Source of the DNA: an uncultured delta proteobacterium | Lineage (GTDB): Bacteria; Desulfobacterota; Desulfobaccia; Desulfobaccales; 0-14-0-80-60-11 | DNA length: 64,000 bases | NCBI GenBank assembly: GCA_963812015.1 | Contig: CAWETI010000003.1 | Coordinates: 1,440,001-1,504,000 of the forward strand | Direction: 5' to 3' | Program-made: the position numbers and the translations under genes | The notes under the pieces: generated by a model | Told to the model about the DNA's origin: nothing | The model's database searches: none | What the model saw: only the letters and a program-made list of their open reading frames with translations | Shown here: one piece after another, positions 51,325 through 60,320 of the stretch | Layout of the letters: the number at the start of each line of letters is the position of its first letter | Position numbering within the stretch: position 1 is the first letter of the stretch

Positions 51325-52368
51325 ATGTCCCAGCCCCCCAAGACTGATCTGGAATCTTTCCATTTCCGGAATCTGCATCATAAGGTCTTAATCGGAACGG
51401 CCAGTGATCGTTATGCCGGTTGGATTGGACAAATTTATTCCCAGGACCGCTATGCTGGACGAATAACCAAACGCACCAAAATCGTGGCCTTAAAATCTTT
51501 CACGGAAGAAGTGCTCCCAGTCGACAGCGTGGAGGAGTACTTCGAACATTTCCCGGTCTTGGAAATTGATTTCATTTTTTACCGGCCGCTTTTAGACCAA
51601 AACGGCCAACCCAACCAGAACTACCAGGTATTGAAGACCTACGCCAGGCACCTAAAAAAGGGTGACCGGATAATTCTCAAAGTTCCACAAATGATCATGG
51701 CCCAAAAAATTCGGAAAGGTGACTATTATGTGGCAAACCCAGCCTATCTCAACCCCAAAATGTTTACGGAACAATTCTATGAACCAGCCATCAATCTCCT
51801 GGGCGCCAATCTCACTGGCTTCATTTTTGAACAGGAATATCAACGTAAGGAGGATCGGTTGCCTGTGGTCAAGATGGCCTATGGTCTGAATATATTTTTC
51901 AGCCAAGTTCCCACAGATTCCAGGTATCATCTGGAATTAAGAACAGACCTATATCTCCGGGACCAGGTTTTTGAGGTATTGGCCAAATATGGAGTTGGGC
52001 AAGTCTTATCTCACTGGACTTGGTTGCCGCCCTTGAGAAAACAGCTGGCCAAAGCTGACGGCAGATTTTTCAATGCCGGGAATGAATGTGTTATCCGGCT
52101 AATGACACCCTTGGGAATGAGGTATGAAGACGCTTATGCAAAAGCCCATCCTTTTGATAGGCTGGTGGAAGGTATGCTGCAGCCGGAGATGGTTTTTGAG
52201 ACTGTGGAAATGGTCAAAAGTGCCATTGAGAAAGGGATGATGGTCAATCTCATTATCAATAATCGGGCGGGGGGCAATGCACCTATGATTGCGGAGATTA
52301 TTTCAGAGAAACTTTTCCCCAAACCCACGCCAAAATCTAAGGGCCAAATGAGTCTGTGGGATTCCTGA
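51325..52368 (+). CDS. DUF72 (YecE-like) domain protein
   Basis: IGTASDRYAGW, YFEHFPVLEIDFIFY, LKVPQ, HLELR, IINNRAGGNAP. Confidence 0.82.
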   Translation: MSQPPKTDLESFHFRNLHHKVLIGTASDRYAGWIGQIYSQDRYAGRITKRTKIVALKSFTEEVLPVDSVEEYFEHFPVLEIDFIFYRPLLDQNGQPNQNYQVLKTYARHLKKGDRIILKVPQMIMAQKIRKGDYYVANPAYLNPKMFTEQFYEPAINLLGANLTGFIFEQEYQRKEDRLPVVKMAYGLNIFFSQVPTDSRYHLELRTDLYLRDQVFEVLAKYGVGQVLSHWTWLPPLRKQLAKADGRFFNAGNECVIRLMTPLGMRYEDAYAKAHPFDRLVEGMLQPEMVFETVEMVKSAIEKGMMVNLIINNRAGGNAPMIAEIISEKLFPKPTPKSKGQMSLWDS

Positions 52369-52785
52369 TTAAAAATATCGGTACAAGAATCAAAGTGATT
52401 TCCCATTCCTGGTATAAATTATTAAACTAAAACAGCTGAACGATGCAGGAGGATGGAATAATTATCAGGGGATATCATGAGGTTATATTTATAGGGTGGC
52501 TTGGTATGATTAGTGCATAATAATATTGCAGACATGAACTGTTAAGGAAACCCCCAATCCCCCCTTAAAAGTTCACATACCATTTTCTCCTTAGCTGGCC
52601 GGGACTCCCCCTCTCGGCCAGTTTGTTTTTCTACTGAGTCATTCCAGTCTAAAGATTTTGACCTTTCAGCAGCCGCCATTGACACCCCAATCGCACCTAT
52701 GCAAGATTGCCGTTCTTCCATTGCAAACCAGGGCGAAATGTAGTATGGGTGTGGACCACATGACGATACAAAGGAGATGATTCTT

Positions 52786-53076
52786 ATGGCCAGTGAAAAT
52801 CTTAAATTAACTGCCCAAATTGTCATGTCCCACGCATCAATGAGAAAGCTAACGCCACAGGAATTGGTTACGGTGATTAAAAGGTTATATGCTACCTTAG
52901 CTTCATTAGAAGCTGAAGATGTCGTTCCAGAACCAAAACCCAAAGTGATCCGCCAACGCAAGCCTCGAAAAGTTAAAATTAAAGGAACGCCGGAAGCCAA
53001 AGCGGTTGAGAATGAGGAAGGATTGACTGTTGGAGATCCGGATTATATGGAGTTTATGGAAAGCCGAGAGGGGTAA
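52786..53076 (+). CDS. MucR/Ros N-terminal-domain-only protein (no zinc finger)
   Basis: LKLTAQIVMSHASMRKLTPQELVTVIKRLYATL aligns with the N-terminus of the adjacent MucR; no CxxC; AAGGAG ribosome-binding site. Confidence 0.72.
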   Translation: MASENLKLTAQIVMSHASMRKLTPQELVTVIKRLYATLASLEAEDVVPEPKPKVIRQRKPRKVKIKGTPEAKAVENEEGLTVGDPDYMEFMESREG

Positions 53077-53147
53077 CCGAACCAAGTTGGAGAACAACGC
53101 ATTCTGGCGCAATTCCCTTACAATCAAACCCAAAGGAGATAATACCC

Positions 53148-53588
53148 ATGCCCAGCGAAGTTCTAAAAATGACCACAGAGATTGTCGTTTCCCATGCCTC
53201 GTTAACCGAACTTACCACCGAGCAATTGGTTAGCGAGATTAAAGATGTCTACAATGTCCTTTCTGTTTTGGAAGGCGGGCAAATTTTGGAGGAACCGCTT
53301 TCTGGAAAAGCTGGAGAAACTGGTGGTGTGAAAAAGCCATCTATTCCTTTGAAAGACATCGTTAAGGCCAAGTATGTGGTTTGTCTTGAATGCGGGAAAA
53401 AACTGAAAACTTTAAAGACCCACCTGCAGAAAGCTCATGGGTTGATGCCGAAAGAGTATTATAAGCGGTTTGACCTGGATCCCAAGAAGTTCCCTCTGGT
53501 GTGTAAAGAATATTCAGCGGCTCGGAGCAAGATGGCGAAAGACCGGGGGTTGGGTGCGAAGGGAGGTAGGCGTAAGGCGACTACTTAA
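53148..53588 (+). CDS. mucR: MucR/Ros family zinc-finger transcriptional regulator
   Basis: VVCLECGKKLKTLKTHLQKAHGLMPKEYYKRF...PLVCKEYSAARSKMAKDRGLG. Confidence 0.92.
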   Translation: MPSEVLKMTTEIVVSHASLTELTTEQLVSEIKDVYNVLSVLEGGQILEEPLSGKAGETGGVKKPSIPLKDIVKAKYVVCLECGKKLKTLKTHLQKAHGLMPKEYYKRFDLDPKKFPLVCKEYSAARSKMAKDRGLGAKGGRRKATT

Positions 53589-53676
53589 GTAAGTTGAAGC
53601 CCTCACAAAGACCTCCCAAACCATTGAAGAGAAATTGACCAGGGTTAAGAACCCAACAAAAGCCGAGGAGAAAGCT

Positions 53677-53766
53677 ATGGGAGACAAAGGTAAGAAGGAC
53701 AAGGCCAAGAAGGGCAAGAAAGACAAACAGAAGGTAGATAAAAAAGACAAGGATAGCAAGAAGTAG
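53677..53766 (+). CDS. 29-aa Lys/Asp-rich peptide (MGDKGKKDKAKKGKKDKQKVDKKDKDSKK)
   Basis: GAGGAG ribosome-binding site 6 nt before the ATG; co-oriented between mucR and csrA; too short for the ORF track. Confidence 0.55.
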   Translation: MGDKGKKDKAKKGKKDKQKVDKKDKDSKK

Positions 53767-53811
53767 CAGGTCAACCCAATTGAGGGGCGGCCCCGCCGTA
53801 GGAGAGCCACC

Positions 53812-53973
53812 ATGTTAATTTTGACCTTGAAGGAGGACGAAAAAATTCTCATTGGGGACAAGATAACTGTCAAGGTGGTGGAGATCCGGGGAAAACAAAT
53901 CCGCCTTGGGATCGAGGCGCCGGCTGGCCTTTTGGTTCTGCGGGAAAATCTGGCGGGAAAAGCAAAGGCATAA
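53812..53973 (+). CDS. csrA: Carbon storage regulator CsrA/RsmA homologue (53 aa)
   Basis: Hand translation MLILTLKEDEKILIGDKITVKVVEIRGKQIRLGIEAPAGLLVLRENLAGKAKA; AGGAG ribosome-binding site; absent from the ORF track. Confidence 0.88.
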   Translation: MLILTLKEDEKILIGDKITVKVVEIRGKQIRLGIEAPAGLLVLRENLAGKAKA

Positions 53974-54557
53974 AGGAGCACAGGACGGTGGGTCAAGGCG
54001 AAACTCCTGGTGCCCCACCAGGCCGCTGGCCCTTGTCCCTCCCACGCAACAGCCCATCCCCAGCCCGACCCTCCTATCTGATTACCCAATCTGGTATAGG
54101 TTATCGCTTGCGGGATAACTTACCTTAATAACCCTTTAATGCCCCATTGAAGATAGCTTGCCACTATCCGCTCTTCTGGGAATCTTTGCATATGATTCGT
54201 ATATGGAAATCTCTTAAGATGAAAAAGCCCCGGGTGGAATCCCCAGGGCTCCAATTGCACTTTTGTTCGATTCAAACACTCTCTACTTTGGAGCTCAAAC
54301 CTTCAAAAATACATGGCGAAATTTTCGCCTTTTTATGTCAACTCGCCAAGGGGCCTTCTGTCCAAGCCCTTGAAATTATTAGGCATGTAGATGCAAGTTT
54401 TTACCTGAAATAGTCCCGTTGGGACTACTTGATAATGTAATCCAAGGGGGAGAGGATCTATTCTCTGAAATGCCCCAGAAAATTCCCCAATAGCTCATTT
54501 TGACCATACCGCCGGGCCGCTGTACCCGGAAAAGTGAGGAATCATGCGGGTTTTAGG

Positions 54558-54621
54558 CAAATCCCGCCTTCGGCACCAGTTCTTTAATTAAGGCGTAACC
54601 TCAAGGGGTTACGCCTTTGGT
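54558..54621 (+). repeat. attR: duplicated tRNA-Leu 3' end plus terminator
   Basis: CAAATCCCGCCTTCGGCACCAGTTCTTTAATTAAGGCGTAACCTCAAGGGGTTACGCCTTTGGT. Confidence 0.95.
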
Positions 54622-54929
54622 CGATTATAGGATGGTGTGGGTCTAAAATTTTCCCAAGGCATTCGATTCGGCCACTTCATTTAACCGCACGGAAAGTTGC
54701 CGCCCACGAAAGTCCACCAAAATCATGCTTTCCTGGTTCACCAATATCGGGAATTGCTGTCCTGGGGGTTTTAGCCTCCACAGCAGTGAGGTATCCGCGT
54801 TCGGGGGTTGGTTTAGTGAAGTTTTTGGACAAAGCACTTTTCAGCGAAATTTGTGATAGCATGCGGCCTATGAGATAAGCTGGCTACAGAGAGAGGAGCC
54901 TTCTCTGGGTTTAACTGCGGTGAAACGCG

Positions 54930-55484
54930 TTAGCATTCATCTAAGGCGCGCCAGCCGAAACTTTCCAGATAGACCTTGAGCCTATCCCGCTTTTCCCGGT
55001 ATTGGTCGTCCCCCAGAGGCTTACAGTCCTGCAGAGAGATCTCGCCTTCCCTGAGGGCCGCAGCATAAGCCATGCAAGTGGGATAGCGGCACAGTTTGCA
55101 ATTGGTCATGGGCAGCAGCTTCAGAATCTCCATGACCTTCAGGCCGGCTTGACTCACGGAGCGCGGCGTAATGGTTGCCCGCCGGGCATAGATGTCGTTG
55201 ATCTGCCCCTGAATCCAGGTGAGCAGAGCGTGGGCTTCTTCCCTGTCCCTGACGCCGCGTATGGCAATTTTGTGGGGGTGCAGAGTGATCCATTTGCCTT
55301 CCGACAGCTTGAGCAGGAGCGAATGATTGGTGGTATCATAGTCCCAGCCGCCCAACTCGGCATTCACATAAGGAAGGGCAGGGGAGATATCGACCGTGAA
55401 GGTGGCGATGGCGTGCAGGACTTCCTTGGTGGAGTCCATTTTGGGACGGAAGATGTCAAAGTTGTCAATCCGGTCCAGGAGCAT
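54930..55484 (-). CDS. Fe-S cluster domain protein (ars-associated)
   Basis: C-terminal LLPMTNCKLCRYPTCMAYAAAL...DCKPL four-cysteine domain. Confidence 0.8.
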   Translation of the reverse strand: MLLDRIDNFDIFRPKMDSTKEVLHAIATFTVDISPALPYVNAELGGWDYDTTNHSLLLKLSEGKWITLHPHKIAIRGVRDREEAHALLTWIQGQINDIYARRATITPRSVSQAGLKVMEILKLLPMTNCKLCRYPTCMAYAAALREGEISLQDCKPLGDDQYREKRDRLKVYLESFGWRALDEC

Positions 55485-55571
55485 GTTCAGCCTTTTGTCT
55501 TCTCACCAATCGGCCCTTCATTCAGCCCATTGATCCTCAGAGGGTCAAAAGTTCCGATTACCGCCGCCTCT

Positions 55572-55805
55572 TTAGCCGATCAGCTTTTTGATCTCATCCA
55601 CACTGGGCACCTGGCCCACCACTTTGACCTCGCCATCCACCACCAGGGCTGGGGTAGTAAAGATGCCAAAGGCCATAATTTTGCTCAGTTCGCTTACCTT
55701 TTCCACTTCATAGTCCCCGCCGAGAGATTGGGCCGCCTCTGCCGTGCGCTTGGCCAACTCCGTGCATTTGGGGCAACCCGGGCCCAAGACCTGTAATTTT
55801 TTCAT
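55572..55805 (-). CDS. Small redox-active disulfide protein (MTH895-like thioredoxin family)
   Basis: VLGPGCPKC...TPALVVDGEVKVVG. Confidence 0.9.
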   Translation of the reverse strand: MKKLQVLGPGCPKCTELAKRTAEAAQSLGGDYEVEKVSELSKIMAFGIFTTPALVVDGEVKVVGQVPSVDEIKKLIG

Positions 55806-55831
55806 TGAATTTCATCTCCTTTGCAAGTAAT

Positions 55832-56212
55832 TCAGCCGCCGAATTGAGAGAGTTTAGCGGCTACGTCCTCTTTGGCCACCTCACCCACGGCCATCCACAG
55901 CATGTGGTTCTGGGCGTCCAGAAAGAGCAGGGCCGGCAACTGGATGAGATGGTACTCACCGATATACGGCACCGCGGCTTGCCGGTCGGTGTCATAATCA
56001 ATCCGCTTCAGCAATGCCTGGCGAGGCCCGGTAAAAGTCCGGTTCACCAACTCGTCGGCGGCGTGCACGCTCTTGGCGCTACAGCCGCAGGCTTTGCTCT
56101 TGGTGATGTAGACCACCTGGCTTACCGTGCTCGGTTCGGCGTTGACCAGGATAGCCGTCCCCAAGATCGCCAGGACCACGATACCAATAACCCCGATTTT
56201 GCCCTTTGCCAT
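55832..56212 (-). CDS. Exported thioredoxin-like hypothetical protein
   Basis: Signal peptide, ACGC motif, LPALLFLD. Confidence 0.7.
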   Translation of the reverse strand: MAKGKIGVIGIVVLAILGTAILVNAEPSTVSQVVYITKSKACGCSAKSVHAADELVNRTFTGPRQALLKRIDYDTDRQAAVPYIGEYHLIQLPALLFLDAQNHMLWMAVGEVAKEDVAAKLSQFGG

Positions 56213-56237
56213 GTTTCCTCCCCGGGTTTATTCTTCA

Positions 56238-56993
56238 TTACCGCTTAAAGGCCCGCACCTTGACGCTCAATATTTTTCCTTGCAGGCGGGAATCCATCTC
56301 CGGGGCCTCGTAGGCGGACTCCGAGACCACGCCCACGTCGGCAAAACCTGCTCGGCGGATAATCTCTATATATGTCTCCTTTTCCAAGGCGCCGGCCAGG
56401 CAATCGGCCCAGGCCGCAAAACTCCGGCGCACATCTTCCGGCAAGACCCCCTCAGTGACCAAATCCGAAATCAGTATGCGGCCGCCCGGCTTCAGGACCC
56501 GATGAATTTCCCGGTAACTGGCCAGCTTGTCGGCGGTGAGGTTGATGACGCAGTTGCTGATGATGACATCCACCGAATCAGTCTCCAGGGGCAGATGCTC
56601 GATCTCCCCCAGGCGAAACTCCACATTGGCGAAGCCGTGCTCCCGGGCCAACTGTCTGCCCCGGTTCACCATGTCTTCGGTCATGTCCACGCCGATGACC
56701 CGGCCCCGCTCTTTCACCCGCCGGGCCGCCAGGAAGACATCGATCCCCGCCCCGGACCCCAGGTCCACCACTGTCTCACCTTCCTGGAGGTCCGCCAACG
56801 CAGTGGGGTTGCCGCAGCCTACCCCCAGAATCGCCATCTCAGGCACCAGGCGCAAGTCCTCGGCGGTATAGCCCACGGCCAGGCACTGGTCGGTGGTGGT
56901 GGGGCCGCAGGTGGGACAGCAGAAAGTCTGCTCCCCCCGGGCGATCTTGCCGTAACGGTCCTTGATGACATCCTTCAGTTTCTGATCATTCAC
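56238..56993 (-). CDS. arsM: Arsenite S-adenosylmethionine methyltransferase
   Basis: GVGCGNP, DLGSGAGID, IISNCVINL, WADCLAGA. Confidence 0.9.
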   Translation of the reverse strand: MNDQKLKDVIKDRYGKIARGEQTFCCPTCGPTTTDQCLAVGYTAEDLRLVPEMAILGVGCGNPTALADLQEGETVVDLGSGAGIDVFLAARRVKERGRVIGVDMTEDMVNRGRQLAREHGFANVEFRLGEIEHLPLETDSVDVIISNCVINLTADKLASYREIHRVLKPGGRILISDLVTEGVLPEDVRRSFAAWADCLAGALEKETYIEIIRRAGFADVGVVSESAYEAPEMDSRLQGKILSVKVRAFKR

Positions 56994-57017
56994 GCCCTTA
57001 CTCCTCGCATTCCACCA

Positions 57018-58160
57018 TTACATAATGGCGTTAAATATGAAGCCCACGATGATGATCCCCACGGTGACCACCCCGACGAACACCGCGATGAGCTTGGGCT
57101 TTAAAACTTTTCGGAGGATGACGGTTTCCGGGAAGGAGATGCCGATAATCGACATCATAAAGGCCAGCACGGTGCCCAGGGCCGCCCCCTTTTCCAGCAA
57201 GGCCTGGACCACCGGGATGATGCCCGCGGCGTTGGAGTACAACGGTGCCCCGAGAACGACCGCCACCGGCACCGACCACCAGGCCTGTTTGCCCATGAGG
57301 GCCGCCAAAAAGCCTTCGGGAACGTAGCCGTGGATCGCCGCGCCCGCCCCGATCCCCAAAATGATATAGACCCAGACCCGCCCCACGATATCCTTTACCT
57401 GGTGTAGGCCATAATCGATTCGGCTCATCCAGCCTAACTTTTGCAGGAGAGCCGGAGTCTGCCCCATGCGGATCTCATAGACCCAGTCTTCCACCTGGTT
57501 CTCCATATTCAGACGTCCGATAATCAGGCCGGTAACCATGGCGATCAGCAAGCCCATGGACATATAGATCAGGGCGATCCGCCAGCCGAAGAGGCCGAAG
57601 AGCAGCACCAGGGCGATCTCGTTCACCATGGGGGCCGAAATCAAAAAGGCGAAGGTGACCCCGATGGGAATGCCCGCTTCGACGAAGCCGATGAAGAGCG
57701 GCACCGCCGAACAGGAGCAAAAGGGGGTCACCACCCCTAAGAGCGCCGCCAGCACGTCCCCGAGAATCTCCCGTTTGCCCGCCAAAATGGTCCGGGTGCG
57801 CTCCGGGGTGAAAAAGGAGCGCAGCACGCCCACGCCCCAGATCACCAGAATCAACAACATGAAGACCTTGGGAATATCCAGAAAGAAAAAGGACACCGCG
57901 TCCCCCAGGTGGGTGCCCTGAGCTATCCGGAAGACATCATAGGTGACCCAGGTGGAGAAGGGCGCCAGTCGGCTGTAAATCGGCCACCAGACAATCAGCG
58001 CCAGACCCAGCAAAGTCAGCTTGAGGATTTGCCTGGCCGACATCTCGGCCATTGCCGCTTTTACCTTGGCAATGAGCTTGATAGGTGGTTCGGCCGTTTC
58101 GGCGGTAATTCCCGCTGCTCCCGCCTGTTCCGGTGGATTTCGGTTATCCATGGTGAGCAT
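57018..58160 (-). CDS. arsP: ArsP/DUF318 family permease
   Basis: TPFCSCSAVPLFIG, FLISAPMVNE, PLYSNAAGIIP. Confidence 0.85.
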   Translation of the reverse strand: MLTMDNRNPPEQAGAAGITAETAEPPIKLIAKVKAAMAEMSARQILKLTLLGLALIVWWPIYSRLAPFSTWVTYDVFRIAQGTHLGDAVSFFFLDIPKVFMLLILVIWGVGVLRSFFTPERTRTILAGKREILGDVLAALLGVVTPFCSCSAVPLFIGFVEAGIPIGVTFAFLISAPMVNEIALVLLFGLFGWRIALIYMSMGLLIAMVTGLIIGRLNMENQVEDWVYEIRMGQTPALLQKLGWMSRIDYGLHQVKDIVGRVWVYIILGIGAGAAIHGYVPEGFLAALMGKQAWWSVPVAVVLGAPLYSNAAGIIPVVQALLEKGAALGTVLAFMMSIIGISFPETVILRKVLKPKLIAVFVGVVTVGIIIVGFIFNAIM

Positions 58161-58181
58161 CCCTTAAGCAAACGAAAAATA

Positions 58182-58892
58182 TTACAGGGCGCGAATCCCC
58201 TGGAAGAAAATATAAGCTCCCATGAAAAAGATCAGGCAGCCGGCAACCTTTTGCATGATGGTGCCGAATTTAGCCCCTTTGGATTGCAGGAAGCTCTCGA
58301 TCACCCCGGTAAAGGTGCCCGCCAGAATGACCAGGGTGCCCTGACCCAGGGCGTAGGCGAAGAGAAGGGTGCTCCCGTACGCCACCTCGCCCTTGACCGC
58401 GGCCAGAGTGAGGATGACCGCCAACACCGGGCTGGCGCAGGGCGACAGCACCAGGCCGAACAGGGCCCCCAGAAGCAGGGCGCCGATCAAGCCGGTGCGC
58501 TGGGGCAGGAATCTCTGGGAGGCCCCTCCCAGTTTCAGGTTGATGAGGCCGGTCAACTGCAGGCCCATAAGCATGAGGATGACCGCCACCACAAAATACC
58601 AATAAGTGCCCACCTGGCCGAACATGGTGCCCATGAGGGCCGCCGCCGCCCCCAGGATGGACATGACTAGGGCCAGCCCCACCACAAAGGTGAGTGAATA
58701 AAAAAAGGCCTGCTTCTTGTTGCCTCCGGCATAACCGCCGACGAAGCCGATGACCAAAGGGATGCTGGCCAGGATGCAAGGGCTGGCGGTGGCCACCACC
58801 CCGCCCACATACGCCGCGCCGTATCCCAGAAGGGGGCGAGTCTGCATCACCTGCCCCAGAGTTTCACTCCATCCCATGAATAGCCCCCTCAC
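58182..58892 (-). CDS. ccdA: CcdA/DsbD-type transmembrane disulfide reductase
   Basis: SPCILASIP and SPCASPVL motifs. Confidence 0.88.
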   Translation of the reverse strand: MRGLFMGWSETLGQVMQTRPLLGYGAAYVGGVVATASPCILASIPLVIGFVGGYAGGNKKQAFFYSLTFVVGLALVMSILGAAAALMGTMFGQVGTYWYFVVAVILMLMGLQLTGLINLKLGGASQRFLPQRTGLIGALLLGALFGLVLSPCASPVLAVILTLAAVKGEVAYGSTLLFAYALGQGTLVILAGTFTGVIESFLQSKGAKFGTIMQKVAGCLIFFMGAYIFFQGIRAL

Positions 58893-59279
58893 TTAGCGGA
58901 TGAACTTCAAGTCCTTGAGCTTCCTGATGACCTCATCTTTGGACAAAGCCCCAATATGCCGGTCCACCTCTTTGCCGGCTGCATCCAGGAATACCTGGGT
59001 GGGAATGAGCATGATCTTGTATTGCTGGAAGAGATCCTTTTCTTTATCGACATAGACCATCCGCACTTCCAGTTGATCGCGATATTGCGGTTTCAATTCG
59101 GCCATAATTTTTGCCATCTCCTTGCAGGAGACACAGTAACCCGCGCCGAATTCATAGAGCGCCGGCTTACCTGGCGAGGGAGCCGCACCCTGCGCCTGGG
59201 TCGGCAAAGGTTGCCAGATAATCAAGCCTCCCATTACCAGACAGACCAACCCGATAACATAGTGACGCCATGATTTCAT
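58893..59279 (-). CDS. Exported thioredoxin family protein
   Basis: Signal peptide; EFGAGYCVSCKEM; IPTQVFLD. Confidence 0.88.
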   Translation of the reverse strand: MKSWRHYVIGLVCLVMGGLIIWQPLPTQAQGAAPSPGKPALYEFGAGYCVSCKEMAKIMAELKPQYRDQLEVRMVYVDKEKDLFQQYKIMLIPTQVFLDAAGKEVDRHIGALSKDEVIRKLKDLKFIR

Positions 59280-59418
59280 AGGTGCCCATCCTTATTGAGT
59301 GATGAGGGTCAGACTCGCAATAACCGTATATCCGCATTTAAAAATATTAAATCGTGCCAGGGAGAAAAACCGGCGTGCCCTGATGATCTTTTTTACTTTC
59401 TTAAGCATGCCCCCGGAA

Positions 59419-60297
59419 TTACCGCGCCGCCGGCGGGATCAACAGCACCGGGCAGGCCGCCAACCGGGAAACATTATGGGCCACGCTGCCCAGGAAGATC
59501 TCTTTGATAAAACCTTTCCCCTGGGTGCCCATGACGATTAACGAGATGTCCTGAGATTCCAGGACCTGGAGAATGGCAGGCAGGGGATGCCCGGGATCGA
59601 AGCGGTCTTGAACCACGGGAACCCCGGCTTTGAGAAGACGCTGCTTCCATTGCTCCAGCAAGTCCCGGGCCGCCCCCTCGGCGATCTCCTGGTAGCCCGG
59701 GGAATAGGTCATCTCCCCCTCCGGCACGTCCAGGGCGTTGAGCAGCGTGACCTGAGATAAGCCTTTAGAGGCCAGGCGCTCCACATACTCCAAGGCCCGG
59801 GACGAGATTTCCGAAAAGTCCGTGGGAAAGAGCACGTGGCGGAGCACCTCGGTGTGGGAGATTTGACACGAGCCCGGCTGGCCCGGCGATTTTAGTCTCA
59901 CATTGAGCAGCAATACGGGGTATAGGGCATTATGCAACACCGCACAGGTGAAGCACCCCAGCACCCCCTCCCGCCAAAGCGATTGGCCGTGGGAGCCCAC
60001 CACGATGAGATCGGCGCAGTAGCGCCAGGCGATCTGGTTCAGAGAATCGGCCGGCAGGCCCATGGGTATCTCCAGGGTCACGCGCAGCCCTTGCGCCTCA
60101 AATTGTTGCTGCTGCGCCTCCAATTTAGGCCGGGCGGTGGACTGGAGGATGCCTTCCATCCCCGCCATGAACTTGACGCTGATCACATAGGTCAGGATTA
60201 CCTGTTTACACCCCAGGGCCTTAAATTCTCCGGCGCAGGCCACAATTTCATCCCAGGCGGGGGACAGGTCGGTGGCCAGCACGATAGTCTCGAACAT
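59419..60297 (-). CDS. Universal stress protein (tandem USP domains)
   Basis: LATDLS...IVVGSHG and FPTDFS...IVMGTQGKG...LGSVA. Confidence 0.9.
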   Translation of the reverse strand: MFETIVLATDLSPAWDEIVACAGEFKALGCKQVILTYVISVKFMAGMEGILQSTARPKLEAQQQQFEAQGLRVTLEIPMGLPADSLNQIAWRYCADLIVVGSHGQSLWREGVLGCFTCAVLHNALYPVLLLNVRLKSPGQPGSCQISHTEVLRHVLFPTDFSEISSRALEYVERLASKGLSQVTLLNALDVPEGEMTYSPGYQEIAEGAARDLLEQWKQRLLKAGVPVVQDRFDPGHPLPAILQVLESQDISLIVMGTQGKGFIKEIFLGSVAHNVSRLAACPVLLIPPAAR

Positions 60298-60320
60298 GGA
60301 CCTACTCCTTCTCTTTGGCC

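Larger units (their letters stand above)
12777..54621. mobile_element. tRNA-Leu-integrated genomic island / phage-satellite-like element (41,781 bp between att copies)
   Basis: Flanking direct repeats, integrase and excisionase at the left end, replication and terminase genes, lower-GC cargo blocks. Confidence 0.93.

Noticed and set aside
52430..52500. CsrB/RsmZ-like small RNA (clustered GGA motifs near csrA)
   Set aside because: Only about four GGA motifs, not clearly in hairpin loops, and no terminator; too weak to call.
33340..54557. Integron-like cassette array driven by the small recombinase
   Set aside because: No further copies of the TTGGACAAAA core site or attC-like repeats were found between the cargo genes.
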